A stretch of 64,000 nucleotides of DNA from Eledone cirrhosa (lineage: Eukaryota), in assembly GCA_964016885.1 (NCBI GenBank), contig OZ024747.1, forward strand, positions 77,748,001-77,812,000. The letters are read 5' to 3'. Each line of letters starts with the position of its first letter. Position 1 is the first letter of the stretch. A program made the translations under genes and the position numbers. Under the pieces are notes generated by a model, which was not told the DNA's origin, ran no database searches, and was given only the letters and a program-made list of their open reading frames with translations. This document shows, piece by piece, positions 53,501-64,000 of this stretch.

Positions 53501-56500
53501 GGAATCTGAACTAGAGTCACTGGAATAGTACTGGGTGTGTTGGAATCTGAACTAGTGTCACTGGAATAGTACTGGGTGTGTTGGAATCTGAACTAGTGTC
53601 ACTGGAATACTACCAAGGTGTGTTGGAATCTGAACTAGTGTCACTGGAATAGTACTGGGTGTGTTGGAATCTGAACTAGTGTCACTGGAATAGTACTGGG
53701 TGTGTTGGAATCTGAACTAGAGTCACTGGAATACTACCAAGGTGTGTTGGAATCTGAACTAGTGTCACTGGAATAGTAGTGGGTGTGTTGGAATCTGAAC
53801 TAGTGTCACTGGAATAGTACTGGGTGTGTTGGAATCTGAACTCGAGTCACTGGAATACTACCAAGGTGTGTTGGAATCTGAACTAGTGTCACTGGAATAG
53901 TACTGGGTGTGTTGGAATCTGAACTAGTGTCACTGGAATAGTAGTGGGTGTGTTGGAATCTGAACTAGTGTCACTGGAATAGTAGTGGGTGTGTTGGAAT
54001 CTGAACTAGTGTCACTGGAATAGTACTGGGTGTGTTGGAATCTGAACTAGTGTCACTGGAATAGTACTGGGTGTGTTGGAATCTGAACTAGTGTCACTGG
54101 AATAGTAGTGGGTGTGTTGGAATCTGAACTAGTGTCACTGGAATAGTAGTGGGTGTGTTGGAATCTGAACTAGTGTCACTGGAATAGTACTGGGTGTGTT
54201 GGAATCTGAACTAGAGTCACTGGAATAGTACTGGGTGTGTTGGAATCTGAACTAGAGTCACTGGAATAGTACTGGGTGTGTTGGAATCTGAACTAGAGTC
54301 ACTGGAATAGTACTGGGTGTGTTGGAATCTGAACTAGAGTCACTGGAATAGTACTGGGTGTGTTTGAATCTGAACTAGTGTCACTGGAATAGTACTGGGT
54401 GTGTTGGAATCTGAACTAGAGTCACTGGAATAGTACTGGGTGTGTTGGAATCTGAACTAGAGTCACTGGAATAGTACTGGGTGTGTTGGAATCTGAACTA
54501 GTGTCACTGGAATAGTACTGGGTGTGTTGGAATCTGAACTAGTGTCACTGGAATACTACCAAGGTGTGTTGGAATCTGAACTAGTGTCACTGGAATAGTA
54601 CTGGGTGTGTTGGAATCTGAACTAGTGTCACTGGAATAGTACTGGGTGTGTTGGAATCTGAACTAGAGTCACTGGAATACTACCAAGGTGTGTTGGAATC
54701 TGAACTAGTGTCACTGGAATAGTAGTGGGTGTGTTGGAATCTGAACTAGTGTCACTGGAATAGTACTGGGTGTGTTGGAATCTGAACTCGAGTCACTGGA
54801 ATACTACCAAGGTGTGTTGGAATCTGAACTAGTGTCACTGGAATAGTACTGGGTGTGTTGGAATCTGAACTAGTGTCACTGGAATAGTAGTGGGTGTGTT
54901 GGAATCTGAACTAGTGTCACTGGAATAGTAGTGGGTGTGTTGGAATCTGAACTAGTGTCACTGGAATAGTACTGGGTGTGTTGGAATCTGAACTAGTGTC
55001 ACTGGAATAGTACTGGGTGTGTTGGAATCTGAACTAGTGTCACTGGAATAGTAGTGGGTGTGTTGGAATCTGAACTAGTGTCACTGGAATAGTAGTGGGT
55101 GTGTTGGAATCTGAACTAGTGTCACTGGAATAGTACTGGGTGTGTTGGAATCTGAACTAGAGTCACTGGAATAGTACTGGGTGTGTTGGAATCTGAACTA
55201 GTGTCACTGGAATAGTACTGGGTGTGTTGGAATCTGAACTAGTGTCACTGGAATAGTACTGGGTGTGTTGGAATCTGAACTAGAGTCACTGGAATAGTAC
55301 TGGGTGTGTTGGAATCTGAACTAGAGTCACTGGAATAGTACTGGGTGTGTTGGAATCTGAACTAGTGTCACTGGAATACTACCAAGGTGTGTTGCAATCT
55401 GAACTAGTGTCACTGGAATAGTACTGGGTGTGTTGGAATCTGAACTAGTGTCACTGGAATAGTACTGGGTGTGTTGGAATCTGAACTAGAGTCACTGGAA
55501 TACTACCAAGCTGTCTTGGAATCTGAACTAGTGTCACTGGAATAGTAGCGGGTGTGTTGGAATCTGAACTAGTGTCACTGGAATAGTACTGGGTGTGTTG
55601 GAATCTGAACTAGAGTCACTGGAATACTACCAAGGTGTGTTGGAATCTGAACTAGTGTCACTGGAATAGTACTGGGTGTGTTGGAATCTGAACTAGTGTC
55701 ACTGGAATAGTAGTGGGTGTGTTGGAATCTGAACTAGAGTCACTGGAATAGTACTGGGTGTGTTGGAATCTGAACTAGTGTCACTGGAATATTACTGGGT
55801 GTGTTGGAATCTGAACTAGTGTCACTGGAATAGTACTGGGTGTGTTGGAATCTGAAGTAGAGTCACTGGAATAGTACTGGGTGTGTTGGAATCTGAACTA
55901 GTGTCACTGGAATAGTACCAAGGTGTGTTGGAATCTGAACTAGTGTCACTGGAATAGTACCAAGGTGTGTTGGAATCTGAACTAGTATCACTGGAATAGT
56001 ACTGGGTGTGTTGGAATCTGAACTAGTGTCACTGGAATAGTACTGGGTGTGTTGGAATCTGAACTAGTGTCACTGTAATAGTACTGGGTGTGTTGGAATC
56101 TGAACTAGTGTCACTGGAATACTACCAAGGTGTGTTGGAATCTGAACTAGTGTCACTGGAATAGTACTGGGTGTGTTGGAATCTGAACTAGAGTCACTGG
56201 AATAGTACTGGGTGTGTTGGAATCTGAACTAGTGTCACTGGAATAGTACCAAGGTGTGTTGGAATCTGAACTAGTGTCACTGGAATAGTACTGGGTGTGT
56301 TGGAATCTGAACTAGTGTCACTGGAATAGTACTGGGTGTGTTGGAATCTGAACTAGTGTCACTGTAATAGTACTGGGTGTGTTGGAATCTGAACTAGTGT
56401 CACTGGAATACTACCAAGGTGTGTTGGAATCTGAACTAGTGTCACTGGAATAGTACTGGGTGTGTTGGAATCTGAACTAGTGTCACTGGAATAGTAGCGG

Positions 56501-59500
56501 GTGTGTTGGAATGTGAACTAGAGTCACTGGAATAGTACTGGCTGTCTTGGAATCTGAACTAGTGTCACTGGAATAGTAGCGGGTGTGTTGGAATCTGAAC
56601 TAGTGTCACTGGAATATTACTGGGTGTGTTGGAATCTGAACTAGTGTCACTGGAATAGTACTGGGTGTGTTGGAATCTGAACTAGAGTCACTGGAATAGT
56701 ACTGGGTGTTTTGGAATCTGAACTAGTGTCACTGGAATAGTACTGGGTGTGTTGGAATCTGAACTAGAGTCACTGGAATAGTACTGGGTGTGTTGGAATC
56801 TGAACTAGTGTCACTGGAATAGTACTGGGTGTGTTGGAATCTGAACTAGTGTCACTGGAATAGTACTGGGTGTGTTGGAATCTGAACTAGTGTCACTGGA
56901 ATACTACCAAGGTGTGTTGGAATCTGAACTAGTGTCACTGGAATAGTACTGGGTGTGTTGGAATCTGAACTAGTGTCACTGGAATAGTACTGGGTGTGTT
57001 GGAATCTGAACTAGAGTCACTGGAATAGTACTGGGTGTGTTGGAATCTGAACTAGTGTCACTGGAATAGTACTGGGTGTGTTGGATTCTGAACTAGTGTC
57101 ACTGGAATACTACCAAGGTGTGTTGGAATCTGAACTAGTGTCACTGGAATAGTACTGGGTGTGTTGGAATCTGAACTAGTGTCACTGGAATAGTACTGGG
57201 TGTGTTGGAATCTGAACTAGAGTCACTGGAATAGTACTGGGTGTGTTGGAATCTGAACTAGTGTCACTGGAATAGTACTGGGTGTGTTGGATTCTGAACT
57301 AGTGTCACTGGAATACTACCAAGGTGTGTTGGAATCTGAACTAGTGTCACTGGAATAGTACTGGGTGTGTTGGAATCTGAACTAGTGTCACTGGAATAGT
57401 ACTGGGTGTGTTGGAATCTGAACTCGAGTCACTGGAATACTACCAAGGTGTGTTGGAATCTGAACTAGTGTCACTGGAATAGTACTGGGTGTGTTGGAAT
57501 CTGAACTAGTGTCACTGGAATAGTAGTGGGTGTGTTGGAATCTGAACTAGAGTCACTGGAATAGTACTGGGTGTGTTGGAATCTGAACTAGTGTCACTGG
57601 AATAGTACTGGGTGTGTTGGATTCTGAACTAGAGTCACTGGAATAGTACTGGGTGTGTTGGAATCTGAACTAGTGTCACTGGAATAGTACCAAGGTGTGT
57701 TGGAATCTGAACTAGTGTCACTGGAATAGTACCAAGGTGTGTTGGAATCTGAACTAGTGTCACTGGAATAGTACTGGGTGTGTTGGAATCTGAACTAGTA
57801 TCACTGGAATAGTACTGGGTGTGTTGGAATCTGAACTAGTGTCACTGGAATAGTACTGGGTGTGTTGGAATCTGAACTAGTGTCACTGGAATAGTACTGG
57901 GTGTGTTGGAATCTGAACTAGTGTCACTGGAATAGTAGTAGGTGTGTTGGAATCTGAACTAGAGTCACTGGAATAGTACTGGGTGTGTTGGAATCTGAAC
58001 TAGTGTCACTGGAATAGTACTGGGTGTGTTGGAATCTGAACTAGAGTCACTGGAATAGTACTGGGTGTGTTGGAATCTGAACTAGAGTCACTGGAATAGT
58101 ACTGGCTGTCTTGGAATCTGAACTAGTGTCACTGGAATATTAGCGGGTGTGTTAGAATGTGAACTAGAGTCACTGGAATAGTACTGGGTGTGTTGGAATC
58201 TGAACTAGTGTCACTGGAATACAACCAAGGTGTGTTGGAATCTGAACTAGTGTCACTGGAATAGTACTGGGTGTGTTGGAATCTGAACTAGTGTCACTGG
58301 AATAGTACTGGGTGTGTTGGAATCTGAACTAGTGTCACTGGAATAGTACTGGGTGTGTTGGAATCTGAACTAGAGTCACTGGAATACAACCAAGGTGTGT
58401 TGGAATCTGAACTAGTGTCACTGGAATAGTACTGGGTGTGTTGGAATCTGAACTAGTGTCACTGGAATAGTACTGGGTGTGTTGGAATCTGAACTAGAGT
58501 CACTGGAATACTACCAAGGTGTGTTGGAATCTGAACTAGTGTCACTGGAATACAACCAAGGTGTGTTGGAATCTGAACTAGTGTCACTGGAATAGTACTG
58601 GGTGTGTTGGAATCTGAACTCGAGTCACTGGAATACTACCAAGGTGTGTTGGAATCTGAACTAGTGTCACTGGAATAGTACTGGGTGTGTTGGAATCTGA
58701 ACTCGAGTCACTGGAATAGTAGTGGGTGTGTTGGAATCTGAACTAGAGTCACTGGAATAGTACTGGGTGTGTTGGAATCTGAACTAGTGTCACTGGAATA
58801 GTACTGGGTGTGTTGGAATCTGAACTAGTGTCACTGGAATATTACTGGTTGTGTTGGAATCTGAACTAGTGTCACTGGAATAGTACTGGGTGTGTTGGAA
58901 TCTGAACTAGAGTCACTGGAATAGTACTGGGTGTGTTGGAATCTGAACTAGTGTCACTGGAATAGTACTGGGTGTGTTGGAATCTGAACTAGAGTCACTG
59001 GAATAGTACTGGGTGTATTGGAATCTGAACTAGTGTCACTGGAATAGTACTGGGTGTGTTGGAATCTGAACTAGTGTCACTGGAATAGTACTGGGTGTGT
59101 TGGAATCTGAACTAGTGTCACTGGAATAGTACTGGGTGTGTTGGAATCTGAACTAGTGTCACTGGAATAGTACCAAGGTGTGTTGGAATCTGAACTAGTG
59201 TCACTGGAATATTACTGGTTGTGTTGGAATCTGAACTAGTGTCACTGGAATAGTACTGGGTGTGTTGGAATCTGAACTAGAGTCACTGGAATAGTACTGG
59301 GTGTGTTGGAATCTGAACTAGTGTCACTGGAATAGTACTGGGTGTGTTGGAATCTGAACTAGAGTCACTGGAATAGTACTGGGTGTATTGGAATCTGAAC
59401 TAGTGTCACTGGAATAGTACTGGGTGTGTTGGAATCTGAACTAGTGTCACTGGAATAGTACTGGGTGTGTTGGAATCTGAACTAGTGTCACTGGAATAGT

Positions 59501-62500
59501 AGTGGGTGTGTTGGAATCTGAACTAGTGTCACTGGAATAGTACTGGGTGTGTTGGAATCTGAACTAGTGTCACTGGAATACTACCAAGGTGTGTTGGAAT
59601 CTGAACTAGTGTCACTGGAATAGTACTGGGTGTGTTGGAATCTGAACTAGTGTCACTGGAATAGTAGCGGGTGTGTTGGAATGTGAACTAGAGTCACTGG
59701 AATAGTACTGGCTGTCTTGTAATCTGAACTAGTGTCACTGGAATAGTAGCGGGTGTGTTAGAATGTGAACTAGAGTCACTGGAATAGTACTGGGTGTGTT
59801 GGAATCTGAACTAGAGTCACTGGAATAGTACTGGGTGTGTTGGAATCTGAACTAGAGTCACTGGAATAGTACTGGGTGTGTTGGAATCTGAACTAGTGTC
59901 ACTGGAATAGTACCAAGGTGTGTTTGAATCTGAACTAGTGTCACTGGAATAGTACCAAGGTGTGTTGGAATCTGAACTAGAGTCACTGGAATAGTAGTGG
60001 GTGTGTTGGAATCTGAACTAGAGTCACTGGAATAGTACTGGGTGTGTTGGAATCTGAACTAGAGTCACTGGAATAGTACTGGGTGTGTTGGAATCTGAAC
60101 TAGTGTCAGTGGAATAGTACTGGGTGTGTTGGAATCTGAACTAGTGTCACTGGAATAGTACTGGGTGTGTTGGAATCTGAACTAGTGTCACTGGAATAGT
60201 ACTGGGTGTGTTGGAATCTGAACTAGTGTCACTGGAATAGTAGCGGGTGTGTTGGAATCTGAACTAGTGTCACTGGAATAGTACTGGGTGTGTTGGAATC
60301 TGAACTAGAGTCACTGGAATAGTACTGGGTGTGTTGGAATCTGAACTAGAGTCACTGGAATAGTACTGGGTGTGTTGGAATCTGAACTAGAGTCACTGGA
60401 ATAGTACTGGGTGTGTTGGAATCTGAACTAGAGTCACTGGAATAGTACTGGGTGTGTTTGAATCTGAACTAGTGTCACTGGAATAGTACTGGGTGTGTTG
60501 GAATCTGAACTAGAGTCACTGGAATAGTACTGGGTGTGTTGGAATCTGAACTAGAGTCACTGGAATAGTACTGGGTGTGTTGGAATCTGAACTAGTGTCA
60601 CTGGAATAGTACTGGGTGTGTTGGAATCTGAACTAGTGTCACTGGAATACTACCAAGGTGTGTTGGAATCTGAACTAGTTTCACTGGAATAGTACTGGGT
60701 GTGTTGGAATCTGAACTAGTGTCACTGGAATAGTACTGGGTGTGTTGGAATCTGAACTAGAGTCACTGGAATACTACCAAGGTGTGTTGGAATCTGAACT
60801 AGTGTCACTGGAATAGTAGTGGGTGTGTTGGAATCTGAACTAGTGTCACTGGAATAGTACTGGGTGTGTTGGAATCTGAACTCGAGTCACTGGAATACTA
60901 CCAAGGTGTGTTGGAATCTGAACTAGTGTCACTGGAATAGTACTGGGTGTGTTGGAATCTGAACTAGTGTCACTGGAATAGTAGTGGGTGTGTTGGAATC
61001 TGAACTAGTGTCACTGGAATAGTAGTGGGTGTGTTGGAATCTGAACTAGTGTCACTGGAATAGTACTGGGTGTGTTGGAATCTGAACTAGTGTCACTGGA
61101 ATAGTACTGGGTGTGTTGGAATCTGAACTAGTGTCACTGGAATAGTAGTGGGTGTGTTGGAATCTGAACTAGTGTCACTGGAATAGTAGTGGGTGTGTTG
61201 GAATCTGAACTAGTGTCACTGGAATAGTACTGGGTGTGTTGGAATCTGAACTAGAGTCACTGGAATAGTACTGGGTGTGTTGGAATCTGAACTAGTGTCA
61301 CTGGAATAGTACTGGGTGTGTTGGAATCTGAACTAGAGTCACTGGAATAGTACTGGGTGTGTTGGAATCTGAACTAGTGTCACTGGAATAGTACCAAGGT
61401 GTGTTGGAATCTGAACTAGTGTCACTGGAATAGTACCAAGGTGTGTTGGAATCTGAACTAGTGTCACTGGAATAGTACTGGGTGTGTTGGAATCTGAACT
61501 AGTATCACTGGAATAGTACTGGGTGTGTTGGTATCTGAACTAGTGTCACTGGAATAGTACTGGGTGTGTTGGAATCTGAACTAGTGTCACTGTAATAGTA
61601 CTGGGTGTGTTGGAATCTGAACTAGTGTCACTGGAATACTACCAAGGTGTGTTGGAATCTGAACTAGTGTCACTGGAATAGTACTGGGTGTGTTGGAATC
61701 TGAACTAGTGTCACTGGAATAGTAGCGGGTGTGTTGGAATGTGAACTAGTGTCACTGGAATAGTAGTGGGTGTGTTGGAATCTGAACTAGTGTCACTGTA
61801 ATAGTACTGGGTGTGTTGGAATCTGAACTAGAGTCACTGGAATACTACCAAGGTGTGTTGGAATCTGAACTAGTGTCACTGGAATAGTACTGGGTGTGTT
61901 GGAATCTGAACTAGTGTCACTGGAATAGTAGTGGGTGTGTTGGAATCTGAACTAGTGTCACTGTAATAGTACTGGGTGTGTTGGAATCTGAACTCGAGTC
62001 ACTGGAATACTACCAAGGTGTGTTGGAATCTGAACTAGTGTCACTGGAATAGTACTGGGTGTGTTGGAATCTGAACTAGTGTCACTGGAATAGTAGTGGG
62101 TGTGTTGGAATCTGAACTAGTGTCACTGGAATAGTAGTGGGTGTGTTGGAATCTGAACTAGTGTCACTGGAATAGTAGCGGGTGTGTTGGAATCTGAACT
62201 AGAGTCACTGGAATAGTACTGGGTGTGTTGGAATCTGAACTAGTGTCACTGGAATATTACTGGGTGTGTTGGAATCTGAACTAGAGTCACTGGAATAGTA
62301 CTGGGTGTGTTGGAATCTGAACTAGTGTCACTGGAATAGTACTGGGTGTGTTGAAATCTGAACTAGTGTCACTGGAATAGTACTGGGTGTGTTGGAATCT
62401 GAACTAGTGTCACTGGAATAGTACTGGGTGTGTTGGAATCTGAACTAGTGTCACTGGAATAGTACTGGGTGTGTTGGAATCTGAACTAGTGTCACTGGAA

Positions 62501-64000
62501 TAGTAGTGGGTGTGTTGGAATCTGAACTAGTGTCACTGGAATAGTACTGGTGTGTTGGAATCTGAACTAGTGTCACTGGAATACTACCAAGGTGTGTTGG
62601 AATCTGAACTAGTGTCACTGGAATACTACCAAGGTGTGTTGGAATCTGAACTAGTGTCACTGGAATAGTACTGGGTGTGTTGGAATCTGAACTAGTGTCA
62701 CTGGAATAGTAGCGGGTGTGTTGGAATGTGAACTAGAGTCACTGGAATAGTACTGGCTGTCTTGGAATCTGAACTAGTGTCACTGGAATAGTACTGGGTG
62801 TGTTGGAATCTGAACTAGAGTCACTGGAATAGTACTGGGTGAGTTGGAATCTGAACTAGTGTCACTGGAATAGTACTGGGTGTGTTGGAATCTGAACTAG
62901 AGTCACTGGAATAGTACTGGGTGTGTTGGAATCTGAACTAGAGTCACTGGAATAGTACTGGGTGTGTTGGAATCTGAACTAGAGTCACTGGAATAGTACT
63001 GGGTGTGTTGGAATCTGAACTAGTGTCACTGGAATAGTACTGGGTGTGTTGGAATCTGAACTAGAGTCACTGGAATACTACCAAGGTGTGTTGGAATCTG
63101 AACTAGTGTCACTGGAATAGTAGTGGGTGTGTTGGAATCTGAACTAGTGTCACTGGAATAGTACTGGGTGTGTTGGAATCTGAACTAGTGTCACTGGAAT
63201 AGTAGTGGGTGTGTTGGAATCTGAACTAGAGTCACTGGAATAGTACTGGGTGTGTTGGAATCTGAACTAGAGTCACTGGAATAGTACTGGGTGTGTTGGA
63301 ATCTGAACTAGAGTCACTGGAATAGTACTGGGTGTGTTGGAATCTGAACTAGTGTCACTGGAATAGTACTGGGTGTGTTGGAATCTGAACTAGTGTCACT
63401 GGAATAGTAGTGGGTGTGTTGGAATCTGAACTAGAGTCACTGGAATAGTACTGGGTGTGTTGGAATCTGAACTAGAGTCACTGGAATAGTACTGGGTGTG
63501 TTGGAATCTGAACTAGAGTCACTGGAATAGTACTGGGTGTGTTGGAATCTGAACTAGTGTCACTGGAATAGTACTGGGTGTGTTGGAATCTGAACTAGTG
63601 TCACTGGAATAGTACTGGGTGTGTTGGAATCTGAACTAGTGTCACTGGAATAGTAGTGGGTGTGTTGGAATCTGAACTAGTGTCACTGGAATAGTAGTGG
63701 GTGTGTTGGAATCTGAACTAGTGTCACTGGAATAGTACTGGGTGTGTTGGAATCTGAACTAGAGTCACTGGAATAGTACTGGGTGTGTTGGAATCTGAAC
63801 TAGAGTCACTGGAATAGTACCAAGGTGTGTTGGAATCTGAACTAGAATCACTGGAATAGTACTGGGTGTGTTGGAATCTGAACTAGAGTCACTGGAATAG
63901 TACCAAGGTGTGTTGGAATCTGAACTAGTGTCACTGGAATAGTACTGGGTGTGTTGGAATCTGAACTAGTGTCACTGGAATAGTACTGGGTGTGTTGGAA
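32599..64000. repeat. 41/42-bp tandem satellite, over 31 kb, about 760 units, open at the window end
   Basis: Consensus TTGGAATCTGAACTAGTGTCACTGGAATAGTACTGGGTGTG (41 bp). Main variants: GTAGCG or GTAGTG for GTACTG, (C/G)TACCAA (42-bp unit), AGAGTC for AGTGTC. Confidence 0.98.

Noticed and set aside
32599-64000. CRISPR array or giant repetitive coding exon
   Set aside because: The variable slot is 6-7 bp with a handful of recurring alleles, not unique spacers; eukaryotic context and no cas genes. The 41-bp period shifts frame and hits a stop about every three units, so the 62451-62660 ORF is incidental.

Overview
AT-rich, microsatellite-laden eukaryotic DNA; the repeat families suggest a cephalopod (octopus-like) genome, which is inference only. 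The left half (1-32.6 kb) has two minus-strand genes: a complete 6-exon proteasome beta-3 gene (PSMB3, 12539-19816, 206 aa, all GT-AG junctions in frame) and, downstream of it, the first coding exon of a PIP4K2-family PI5P 4-kinase (3173-3286). PSMB3 and PIP4K2B are also neighbours in human. Around them lie RTE-clade LINE fragments (two near-identical young copies sitting in (TA)n), tRNA-headed SINEs (one tandem array) and a Penelope-like GIY-YIG remnant. At least four type-I hammerhead ribozyme motifs can be folded by eye (1762-1816, 5694-5741, 25387-25437, 29486-29529). The right half (about 32.6 kb to the window end) is one uninterrupted 41/42-bp satellite of roughly 760 units with nested higher-order duplications (about 0.5, 0.95, 3.5-4.1 and 7.0 kb). 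Most long ORFs in the supplied track are microsatellite artefacts.
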